A stretch of DNA of 53,861 nt, from assembly GCA_964368015.1 (NCBI GenBank), contig CAYIZM010000001.1:1-53861 (forward strand), given 5' to 3'. Positions 30,663 to 37,947 of this stretch are shown here, piece after piece. The notes under the pieces were generated by a model. It did no database searches, had not been told where the DNA came from, and saw only the letters and a list, made by a program, of their open reading frames with translations. The position numbers and the translations under genes are program-made. The DNA is from an uncultured Methanomassiliicoccales archaeon (GTDB lineage Archaea > Thermoplasmatota > Thermoplasmata > Methanomassiliicoccales > Methanomethylophilaceae). Positions within the stretch are counted from its first letter, which is position 1. Every line of letters begins with the position of its first letter.

Positions 30663-30904
30663 CCGTAGTAAATATCTTTTGAAGGAACTGGTTCTTTCAC
30701 AGGTACCTGTTCCACTAGTTTCATGCATATGACGGCGGCGGTAAGGATATAGACTATCCTCTTTTCGCTTTCAAGGACTAAAGAGGTCTCGGACCCTATC
30801 ATAGTATATCCGCGGAAAGTTCCGGTGACGATCTCGTCCTTTTTTCCATAGGATACGTCGTAAACGGCTCCAGGTCGAAGATCATAATCTTTATTATCAG
30901 TCAC
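30659..30904 (-). CDS. Small beta-rich hypothetical protein (81 aa), possibly Sm-like fold
   Basis: GTG start preceded by AAGAGGAGGGACCAAG, a strong SD. It overlaps the upstream stop by 8 nt and the elp3 start by 4 nt. The segment VTGTFRGYTM..SLVLES..RIVYIL loosely fits an Sm-type pattern. Confidence 0.5.
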   Translation of the reverse strand: MTDNKDYDLRPGAVYDVSYGKKDEIVTGTFRGYTMIGSETSLVLESEKRIVYILTAAVICMKLVEQVPVKEPVPSKDIYYG

Positions 30905-31328
30905 CTTGGTCCCTCCTCTTCTTTACAAGTTGCTGAAGGTGGCCAGCAGTGCTTTTATAATTGTCCATTGCCATTTTTACATTGGCCTCTGTAAAACTCC
31001 AGGCCTTACTGAGATCCCCGTACCTTATCCTGTAGCCTTTACGCTTCTGACCTTCGAATTCGGTATCGATGCCTTCCATAAGGTCCAGCGCTTTCAGCTT
31101 GTTGATATGCCGATAAATTGTCGGTTTTGTAGTGCTCAGAAGTAAAGCGAGTTCTTCCACTGTCCAAGCTTTGTTAGGGTTACCCATGAAATAATCCATG
31201 AAAAGACGGTATGGTACACTGTCCCTAAGTCCTGTTGCCGAGGTTTTTGGATCGTATCCTTTAGGAATATATCCGATATATATCAAAAAAGTCTCAGCCA
31301 CTATGTCTACGTCGGACACAGAATTCAT
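30897..31328 (-). CDS. Winged-helix (ArsR-like) transcriptional regulator
   Basis: HTH segment WTVEELALLLSTTKPTIYRHINKLKALDLMEG. Confidence 0.6.
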   Translation of the reverse strand: MNSVSDVDIVAETFLIYIGYIPKGYDPKTSATGLRDSVPYRLFMDYFMGNPNKAWTVEELALLLSTTKPTIYRHINKLKALDLMEGIDTEFEGQKRKGYRIRYGDLSKAWSFTEANVKMAMDNYKSTAGHLQQLVKKRRDQGD

Positions 31329-31407
31329 CGGCGTGTTGCTAACTACTTGGATCCCGAACAGAATACAGCCTCTATGGTCTAATAAGTAAAGGTGGTATTT
31401 TAATTTT

Positions 31408-31920
31408 TCAAATGATCCCTTCTAAACGTTCGATGGCTCTCATTATGCTCACCGTCGGTATCACCCGGGAAACCGGTATGGTCAGGATCTTTTCGATGGT
31501 CGGTGCAACTATCGGGGCACATATGATCGCCAACGCACCGTCCCTCTCCGCTCGGACGGCAGCTATTATGGCATCCTCTACCGTGTTAACAGGATATTCC
31601 CTTAGGGAGACGTCCCTACCACTTACTTTAAAGGTTTCCGGTAACCCATCCATGGATACGTTCGAAGCTATTATCGCTATGAAATGATCGCCCATCGGAC
31701 CGGTCAGTTCACGTAATGCCTTTACTACCTTCCTGATGGTCCGTATGTTCGGTTCCCGTTTCTCCTCTAGTACTTTGTACATAGTGGATGGAGAAAGCCC
31801 AGCGACTTCGCAGAACTCGCTCAGGGACATGCTTAGCTCATCACTAAGCATTGAACGGAGGGCTTTTTGAAATCCGCCCTCCTCTTTCAACATGCCTGCG
31901 ATGAGGTCGTCCACTGTCAT
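31408..31920 (-). CDS. XRE-type HTH regulator with an uncharacterised C-terminal alpha/beta domain
   Basis: HTH segment MSLSEFCEVAGLSPSTMYKVLEEKREPNIRTIRKV. ATG at 31920 forms an ATGA overlap with the trxB stop. Confidence 0.6.
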   Translation of the reverse strand: MTVDDLIAGMLKEEGGFQKALRSMLSDELSMSLSEFCEVAGLSPSTMYKVLEEKREPNIRTIRKVVKALRELTGPMGDHFIAIIASNVSMDGLPETFKVSGRDVSLREYPVNTVEDAIIAAVRAERDGALAIICAPIVAPTIEKILTIPVSRVIPTVSIMRAIERLEGII

Positions 31921-32804
31921 TTGGTGACCTTTATGAAGTCCGCCGCCGACAGACCGGCCATACAGCCTTGTCCTACGGCCCTGGCCATTTGCCAAGGTTT
32001 ACCGATCACGTCCCCGCATGCGAAGAGTCCAGGTACTTTCGTTGCGAACTTGCCATCGACCTTTATCGTATCGTCCATTTCTGGCATAAGGTCTAGGTCC
32101 ATCACAAGGTCCGCCGCCGATTTGGCGCCTAATTCGATGAACACTCCGTCCACAGCTATCTCAGAACCGTCCTCAAGTGCTAATGCAGTTACTTTGTCCG
32201 TTCCACGTATCTCTACCGGCGCGGCACTCTTCATAATGACACCTGCTAACAATGCACGGTCCACGAGGGACTTGACCGCTTTCGGTCCTTTAGTTATCCA
32301 ATATACTTGAGATGCGTATTTGGCTAAAAGTTCGGCAGATACTGCTGCTTCTGTCTCGTCACCGATGATCGCGACATCTTTGCCTTTGAAGAAATTACAA
32401 TCACAAGCGGAACAATAGCTCACGCCTTTACCGATGAATTCCTTCTCTCCAGGAATTCCAAGTTTTACTCTGGATATCCCTGTGGCCACGATAACAGCTT
32501 TTGCAGTATACTCTTTGTTGCCTTCTGTCTTCACATTGAACAGCTTGCCTTCTCTACTAGCGGATATTATATTCTCTTCGACGAAGTCCGCGCCGAAAGA
32601 TATAGCTTGTTTTATCCCATTGTTCAGCAGCTCTAACCCGTCGATGGGCCCTACGACCCCGAAATAATTCTCTATATGGGCGCCCGCTGCGGCTGAATTA
32701 GAAGGTTTACCGATAATTACGGTGGAGACCTTTCTCCTGGCCGCATGTATCGCCGCCTGTATCCCCGATGGACCAGCGCCAATGATCAATACATCGATTT
32801 CCAT
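31917..32804 (-). CDS. trxB: Thioredoxin reductase-like flavoprotein with atypical pyridine-nucleotide motifs
   Basis: FAD motif VLIIGAGPSG and a redox CxxC reading YCSACD. ATG at 32804 follows the trxA stop. The ORF track extends the gene to 32837. Confidence 0.8.
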   Translation of the reverse strand: MEIDVLIIGAGPSGIQAAIHAARRKVSTVIIGKPSNSAAAGAHIENYFGVVGPIDGLELLNNGIKQAISFGADFVEENIISASREGKLFNVKTEGNKEYTAKAVIVATGISRVKLGIPGEKEFIGKGVSYCSACDCNFFKGKDVAIIGDETEAAVSAELLAKYASQVYWITKGPKAVKSLVDRALLAGVIMKSAAPVEIRGTDKVTALALEDGSEIAVDGVFIELGAKSAADLVMDLDLMPEMDDTIKVDGKFATKVPGLFACGDVIGKPWQMARAVGQGCMAGLSAADFIKVTK

Positions 32805-32805
32805 A

Positions 32806-33114
32806 TCAGACACCATTGACGGCGCTAAGGATCTCATCCTTAGGCCTAAGACCTACCAAGGTCTTCGCAAGAACTCCGTCCTTGAATATCAAAAGTGTAG
32901 GGATGGCGTTGATGTTGAAACGAACAGAGATAGCTTGATTTTCATCGGTGTTCAATTTAGCTACTGCAAAATCCTTTTCACCTGCATCGATCTCTTCGAT
33001 TATCGGGCCCATTCTTCTACAGGGGCCACACCATGGTGCCCAGCAGTCGATCAGGACTTTCTTGTTCTCTTCAACGAAACTGTCGAAATTTGACTCTTTA
33101 AGTTCGGTTACCAT
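32806..33114 (-). CDS. trxA: Thioredoxin
   Basis: WAPWCGPC active site. Length is 102 aa. Confidence 0.9.
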   Translation of the reverse strand: MVTELKESNFDSFVEENKKVLIDCWAPWCGPCRRMGPIIEEIDAGEKDFAVAKLNTDENQAISVRFNINAIPTLLIFKDGVLAKTLVGLRPKDEILSAVNGV

Positions 33115-33177
33115 TTTTTTGCCTCACTGTGTAATAGGCGGATTAAATAAATAACTTACACTATAACATAATCAACT

Positions 33178-33459
33178 ATGTGGGAGACTATATCGAACAT
33201 TATCGGATTAGAGATCTATAATCCAGAAGGAATATTCGTAGGGATCGTAGATGAGGTCGTAATAGATCTGTCTAGGATGAAGGCTTACGGCCTGTACGTA
33301 GAAAAAGCAAATCCTACTCTAGTGGACGATAAAATATCCATATCGATACCATTCTCGTGGGTGCGAGGTATCGGTGACGTGGTCATACTTAGGACCTTTC
33401 CTGATCACGTCGGCGTTGAAGCGGATCCCCAACCGGATTCTCCCCGATCCTCTCGATGA
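33178..33459 (+). CDS. Small PRC-barrel domain protein
   Basis: IIGLEIYNPEGIFVGIVDEVVIDLSRMKAYGLYVE. The 3' end overlaps the convergent HD gene by 71 nt. Confidence 0.6.
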   Translation: MWETISNIIGLEIYNPEGIFVGIVDEVVIDLSRMKAYGLYVEKANPTLVDDKISISIPFSWVRGIGDVVILRTFPDHVGVEADPQPDSPRSSR

Positions 33460-33982
33460 TGAGGTCAAGATCGAATCCCGCTTCTTTAGATAATTCGTCG
33501 TGTAAAGCCAGTATTCGTTCTGCGCCATTAGGCGCATCTTTTTTTCTAAGTTTCTCAACTGGTACGTGATGAGAAACTAAAGTAGAATCACTGACTAGAT
33601 TATCAGCTTGAGATACGATCTTCTGCTCTATAGTTCTTGGATAATAATCTCCTTGTGGAAGTCCGAATGCCTCGATATCTTCGTCATCGAGGCCTGCACC
33701 TGTATGCCTACGTACAATCTCCGAAACTTCCTTTGGAAGACCTAGTTCCTCGATCATCTGTGCACCTATCACAGCATGCAAAATGGTATGGTTGAGGGAT
33801 CTTCCTAGATCATGGAGCAACGCTCCGGCTATAATGAGGTCCTTATCCGCTCGCGGTATACTTTTAGATATGACCTCGGCAACCTCTTTTACGGTACGAC
33901 AGTGAAGTATCACACGGGAAGAACAGCCAGCTTCTTTTAGGATCTGGATACATTCTTTCTCGTTAGGATATTTTTTAGACAA
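33389..33982 (-). CDS. HD-domain (HDIG-type) phosphohydrolase
   Basis: GALLHDLGR and RRHTGAGL motifs. TTG start preceded by GAGGGGGAAG. It overlaps the trm56 stop by 8 nt. Confidence 0.7.
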   Translation of the reverse strand: MSKKYPNEKECIQILKEAGCSSRVILHCRTVKEVAEVISKSIPRADKDLIIAGALLHDLGRSLNHTILHAVIGAQMIEELGLPKEVSEIVRRHTGAGLDDEDIEAFGLPQGDYYPRTIEQKIVSQADNLVSDSTLVSHHVPVEKLRKKDAPNGAERILALHDELSKEAGFDLDLIIERIGENPVGDPLQRRRDQERS

Positions 33983-34487
33983 TCGTCTTCCCCCTCTCGT
34001 TGGGAATTACGGTCATTTTGCCATCTCGGGCAGCATAGAGCATCTCCCCCTCGGTGTAGCAATAAAGGAATATCGCTAATGCGGCGATCTCAGAATGTGG
34101 CTGATTTCCTACGGATATGTTGAAATCCGCACGTTCGTATACATCAAATGGAACTTTTTCTGCACCGACTATGATGAGCATGTCCTTGTCCCTAGGTATT
34201 TTAGGTAATGATTCGTCGAGTCTCTGACCGTACATGGTGAGATGTACAACGGTTCCATCGAAGTCCTTGACGACACTTTTCCATTTTACGCCGGTCTCTA
34301 TTTCAAAATTCCCGCCGAAACGGTCCGTCATACTTCTGATGTTCTCCTCGAGTGTTGAATCGTGAGTATCCACGTAAATACCGCTAGCACCCAACGCTCT
34401 GGACGACAGTGCGACATGTGTAGTTACACGTTTGTCCCTGTCAGGCCTATGGCCTATCCTCACTATCCGTATCTCGGACATGATCAC
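33975..34487 (-). CDS. trm56: tRNA (cytidine56-2'-O)-methyltransferase, SPOUT class
   Basis: The N-terminal IVRIGHRPDRDKRVTTHVALSSRALGA resembles aTrm56. GTG start overlaps the upstream stop. Confidence 0.65.
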   Translation of the reverse strand: MIMSEIRIVRIGHRPDRDKRVTTHVALSSRALGASGIYVDTHDSTLEENIRSMTDRFGGNFEIETGVKWKSVVKDFDGTVVHLTMYGQRLDESLPKIPRDKDMLIIVGAEKVPFDVYERADFNISVGNQPHSEIAALAIFLYCYTEGEMLYAARDGKMTVIPNERGKTIV

Positions 34488-34984
34488 TCATCTTTTAACG
34501 GCTCGATCCTGTGACCACGGTAGTCCATTTTTACGGACCTTCTTACAAGGCTCTTGAGCATTGTGGAAGTAAGGGCCAGAGATTCAGCTACATCTCCGGA
34601 GAATCTGCCTGCAGGGCCTACTTCATCTAAAATTTTCTTTTCGATCTCTTCGAATTCTTCTTTGTCCATCATGGCTGCTGCGAGAACGTCACTGATCTCG
34701 TATACTGGCCATTGCGCGTTTATGCTAAAAGAAGCGTAATAGGAATGGTATGATTTTTCAGGATAATTTCCATCAACGGAGAGCCATCTGGTTTCTACCA
34801 GTTTCATTTTTTCAAAGAAAATCAGGGCGTCCCTACCTTCAGGACCATGTTTTTTCTCTATCTCTCCAGCCGTTTTCCATTCCAAGGTCACTTCCTTGAG
34901 GACCTCCCGTTTTAAGGGCGTGTCGACGGACCGAAGCATAGGCACTAACTCAGACGGTTCGTTGATGACCTTGATCTTGTTCAT
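34484..34984 (-). CDS. Conserved archaeal protein, probable winged-helix regulator
   Basis: 166 aa and the first gene of a three-gene overlapping operon. The N-terminal LKREVLKEVTLEWKTAGEIEKK looks wHTH-like. Support for the family call is weak. Confidence 0.4.
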   Translation of the reverse strand: MNKIKVINEPSELVPMLRSVDTPLKREVLKEVTLEWKTAGEIEKKHGPEGRDALIFFEKMKLVETRWLSVDGNYPEKSYHSYYASFSINAQWPVYEISDVLAAAMMDKEEFEEIEKKILDEVGPAGRFSGDVAESLALTSTMLKSLVRRSVKMDYRGHRIEPLKDE

Positions 34985-35209
34985 GAACGAATACTAAAGC
35001 GTTGTGAATATAATACCATTTCTTATAAAAATGAATATTTATCGGAAGTTCCGTATAATTTAATGGTATTTCAATCGAACGGGGAACACTTAAACACCGA
35101 TGATACACAGAATAAGAGATTTTCAGGATCTCAATAAATTCTAATTCATCAGGAAAGTTAAATGAACATTCCCTAAAGGTTTATTTATTGGCCATACGTT
35201 CTCGGTGTA

Positions 35210-35380
35210 ATGGCCAAGAAGAAAGAGCCCGAGTTGAGATTTCAATGTGTCATGTGCTATAAGACCTATAAAGGCGAAAACGGCGAACAGAAAGCCCTTG
35301 ATTGCTGCGGATCTTATGTACAGGTATACTGGAAATACTACTCGAGATGGGGCGAGAAACTCAAGTGGTACGGACGCTGA
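35210..35380 (+). CDS. Small Cys- and aromatic-rich ORF (56 aa), candidate zinc-binding miniprotein
   Basis: ATG preceded by GGTG. It reads MAKKKEPELRFQCVMCYKTYKGENGEQKALDCCGSYVQVYWKYYSRWGEKLKWYGR then TGA. It is below the cutoff of the ORF track. Confidence 0.35.
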   Translation: MAKKKEPELRFQCVMCYKTYKGENGEQKALDCCGSYVQVYWKYYSRWGEKLKWYGR

Positions 35381-35445
35381 ACTCAGTACACCGTGCCGTT
35401 TTTACTTAATGAGTGAAAGTACATGCCTTAGTGGTAGGTGTAGAA

Positions 35446-35760
35446 ATGGGCAAAGAAACGGGAATGGCCAGCGGTGCATATAAGGAGATAGAGCTCATAG
35501 AACGCCATATCAAAATGCTTCACGTTACTAAAAAGAATCAACCTGTTGGCATCATACGATTGTCGGAGATCCTCGATCTACCTCGTCATAAGGTTCGATA
35601 TTCACTTCGAGTATTGGAAAACGATGGTGCTATAATCGCTACGCCAGATGGTGCCATCGTATCAGAAAAATATGAAACCTTCATGAAGGAGATAAGTGAC
35701 TACCTGACCACGCTCGTTGACCGTATAGAAGAGGTCCGTGGCCAAATACCTGGTACGTAA
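35446..35760 (+). CDS. Winged-helix transcriptional regulator (COG3388-like)
   Basis: ATG preceded by the SD GGTAGGTG. The motif PVGIIRLSEILDLPRHKVRYSLRVLENDGAI is present. Confidence 0.6.
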   Translation: MGKETGMASGAYKEIELIERHIKMLHVTKKNQPVGIIRLSEILDLPRHKVRYSLRVLENDGAIIATPDGAIVSEKYETFMKEISDYLTTLVDRIEEVRGQIPGT

Positions 35761-35794
35761 CACTTTAATATCAGCCACACTTTGCAGTTTTCAG

Positions 35795-35867
35795 GCCGTC
35801 GTAGCTCAGTTGGTAGAGCGTGTGACTGTTAATCACAAGGTCCACGGTTCGAGCCCGTGCGACGGCG
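35795..35867 (+). tRNA. tRNA-Asn (anticodon GTT)
   Basis: Acceptor stem GCCGTCG/CGACGGC, anticodon loop CTGTTAA, T-loop TTCGAGC. A CCA is encoded at 35868-35870. Confidence 0.9.
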
Positions 35868-35873
35868 CCACTC

Positions 35874-35878
35874 TTTTT
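35874..35878 (+). terminator. Oligo-T tract after tRNA-Asn
   Basis: A TTTTT run lies directly 3' of the tRNA. Archaeal RNAP terminates at oligo-T tracts. Confidence 0.35.
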
Positions 35879-35921
35879 CACGATATCTTTTTATCTGATA
35901 CCTTTCTATCCGTTTACCTGG

Positions 35922-35994
35922 GGGCTCATAGCTTAGTTGGTAGAGCGCTCGGCTCATAACCGAGTGGTCGCCGGTTCAAATCCGGCTGGGCCCA
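35922..35994 (+). tRNA. tRNA with CAT anticodon (elongator Met or Ile2; not an initiator)
   Basis: Acceptor stem GGGCTCA/TGGGCCC with a G1-C72 pair, so it is not the A1-U72 initiator type. Anticodon loop CTCATAA, T-loop TTCAAAT. No CCA is encoded. Confidence 0.85.
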
Positions 35995-35995
35995 C

Positions 35996-36004
35996 TTTAT
36001 TTTT
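35996..36004 (+). terminator. T-rich tract after tRNA-CAT
   Basis: TTTATTTTT lies immediately 3' of the tRNA. Confidence 0.35.
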
Positions 36005-36174
36005 ACTCTTTGCACGAGTTTTACAGCCTAATGTGCCATTGTCTTTTTTTCGGGGACTTATTGCCGTATTTCTGTAACCCCTTGGGAGAAATATCGGAAA
36101 GGCTTAATTACAGGCAGGTTTGTTCTCTTTGATATGGATAAAAGGTCGATTGCGACCTATTACGGTGAAGACCT

Positions 36175-37929
36175 ATGATCGAGATCACAATTAAAGAAAA
36201 AAACAAAGTTCCTAGAATGCCGCGTATCGCAAGAGAACTTACACAATGTGTTCAATGCGGATACTGCATCGACGTATGTGAAGCACACTCAATGACCCCT
36301 TGGGAGTCTGTGACCCCCAGAGGTAAAATATACTATCTTAATCAGCTTGATAAGGTCGGGTTCGGAGCTATGGACAAGGCCCTAGGCAGGAACGTAACAG
36401 TAAGTCCTGAGTTTGTAGACGCGATGTACAAATGTACCGGCTGTGGAAACTGTGAAGCGGTCTGTCACGCCAATATCCACCTTGTGGAATTCTGGGAGAA
36501 GATCAGAACGTGGATCGTCAAGAACGATTTCGGACCTATGCAGGCCCATAAGGTCATGAAGGGCCGGATCGAAGAGACCCACAACCCCTATGGCGAACCA
36601 AATGACATAAAGAACGCATGGTGGCCTAAGGACGTAGAACAAGAGCAGGTCCCTGACGTATTATTCTTTGCTGGATGTACCGCATCTTACAGGATGCAAG
36701 AGATCGCATACGCCGGAGTCACCGTACTTTCCCGTGGAGGAGTATCCGTAGGATCCCTAGGACCCGAGGAATGGTGTTGCACTTCTCCTCTTTTGAGGAC
36801 CGGAGTTACGGACCTCAGCCCCGAATTCTATAAACATACCGTCGAGAAAGCAGACGGTACGGGAGCAAAAGACATGGTGATGACCTGTGCCGGATGCTAC
36901 AAGACCGTTCTCAACGATTCGGGCAAATATTATGCCAAGACAGGACAGAACGTCTATCACTTCTCACAATACGTGGAAGATCTGATAGCAAACAGAAAAT
37001 TACCTCTGAACAACGAGTTCAAGATCAAAGCGACCTACCACGACCCTTGTCACCTTGGAAGACACGCTGGAGTTTACGAACCCGCCAGGAACGTCATCAA
37101 GAAGATAAAAGGCATGGAGTTCGTAGAAATGTACCGCTCCAGGGAACTTTCCAGATGTTGCGGCGCAGGTGGAGGATACAAGAGTCAGTACGGCGACTAC
37201 GCCGTCTCCATAGCAGTTGATAGGATCGCTGACGCAGAAGAGGTCGGAGCAGAACTTATCATCACTTCTTGCCCGTTCTGTGTACTAAATCTTAGACAAG
37301 GCGCAAAAAAAGCTGGATCCAAGATCAAGGTCATGGACCTATCAGAAGTGTTGCTACAGGTAACAGCACCCAAAGTAGAGGAAAAGGTAGAGACACCTTG
37401 TGTAGAAGTCCCCAAGCCTGCTGTAAAGGCACCTGCTGAGGTGGCTAAGAAGGTCGAGACTCCAAAGGAAGTCGTAAAAACCGTACCAACACCTACCGAG
37501 GTCGCTAAAGTAGAAACTACTCCAAAGGAAGTCGCCAAGAAGGACGAAACACCTAAAGACGTAGTTAAGTCAACTCCAACAAAAGGATCTCCAGGTTGGT
37601 TAGAGAATGAGACCGAAGAGGTCTACATTGATGACTATACCGATTATTCGCCAGAAGCCATAGTAAGAAGAGCAGCTTGGAACAACGGCCTCAGGTGTAG
37701 AAGGAACTACAGTAAAGACAACATACCTGTTGCATTCGTCAAGGGAAAGGTCGCGGTCTTCGTAGAACAAGCTGGTTCGGACAAAACCTTGGACAACAAG
37801 CTAATATCTAAGGGCTGGACCGTTCTAAGATACAACGAGGACGATATCACCGACGGCGTCAAAGAAGGCGATGAGATCGCCGAAGCCGTTAAGGAGAACC
37901 TCAAGACAGCTAAGAAGAAAAAACGCTGA
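36175..37929 (+). CDS. HdrD/GlpC-like Fe-S oxidoreductase (2x[4Fe-4S] plus two CCG domains) fused to a low-complexity linker and a Vsr/DUF559-like C-terminal domain
   Basis: Two CxxCxxCxxxC motifs (CVQCGYCIDVC, CTGCGNCEAVC). Two CCG-domain patterns (AGC..WCC..CAGC and DPC..RCCGAGGG..CPFC). Residues 397-472 are a P/E/V/K/T-rich linker. Residues 473-584 form a compact alpha/beta domain. Confidence 0.75.
   Translation: MIEITIKEKNKVPRMPRIARELTQCVQCGYCIDVCEAHSMTPWESVTPRGKIYYLNQLDKVGFGAMDKALGRNVTVSPEFVDAMYKCTGCGNCEAVCHANIHLVEFWEKIRTWIVKNDFGPMQAHKVMKGRIEETHNPYGEPNDIKNAWWPKDVEQEQVPDVLFFAGCTASYRMQEIAYAGVTVLSRGGVSVGSLGPEEWCCTSPLLRTGVTDLSPEFYKHTVEKADGTGAKDMVMTCAGCYKTVLNDSGKYYAKTGQNVYHFSQYVEDLIANRKLPLNNEFKIKATYHDPCHLGRHAGVYEPARNVIKKIKGMEFVEMYRSRELSRCCGAGGGYKSQYGDYAVSIAVDRIADAEEVGAELIITSCPFCVLNLRQGAKKAGSKIKVMDLSEVLLQVTAPKVEEKVETPCVEVPKPAVKAPAEVAKKVETPKEVVKTVPTPTEVAKVETTPKEVAKKDETPKDVVKSTPTKGSPGWLENETEEVYIDDYTDYSPEAIVRRAAWNNGLRCRRNYSKDNIPVAFVKGKVAVFVEQAGSDKTLDNKLISKGWTVLRYNEDDITDGVKEGDEIAEAVKENLKTAKKKKR
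37363..37590 (+). repeat. Imperfect in-frame repeats encoding a PEVK-like linker (ETPKEVVK-type units)
   Basis: The encoded peptide is PKVEEKVETPCVEVPKPAVKAPAEVAKKVETPKEVVKTVPTPTEVAKVETTPKEVAKKDETPKDVVKSTPTKG. Confidence 0.8.
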
Positions 37930-37947
37930 ATTGAGTGTTAAACTGAA

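Noticed and set aside
30663-30728. Longer N-termini offered by the ORF track for elp3 (30728), the XRE regulator (31995), the translin-like gene (8517), PRC (28856), rlmE (42049) and purM (41999)
   Set aside because: Each extension overlaps the neighbouring gene and lacks homology-like sequence. Internal starts with SD sequences or ATGA coupling fit better.
35123-35152. Possible C/D box sRNA on the minus strand (CTGATGA ... 19 nt ... CTGA)
   Set aside because: There is only one box pair, with no C'/D pair and no terminal stem. The 19-nt spacing is longer than the roughly 12 nt typical of archaeal guides.
35738-35959. 73-aa + strand ORF
   Set aside because: It spans tRNA-Asn and the 5' part of the CAT tRNA, so the open frame is a by-product of the tRNA genes.
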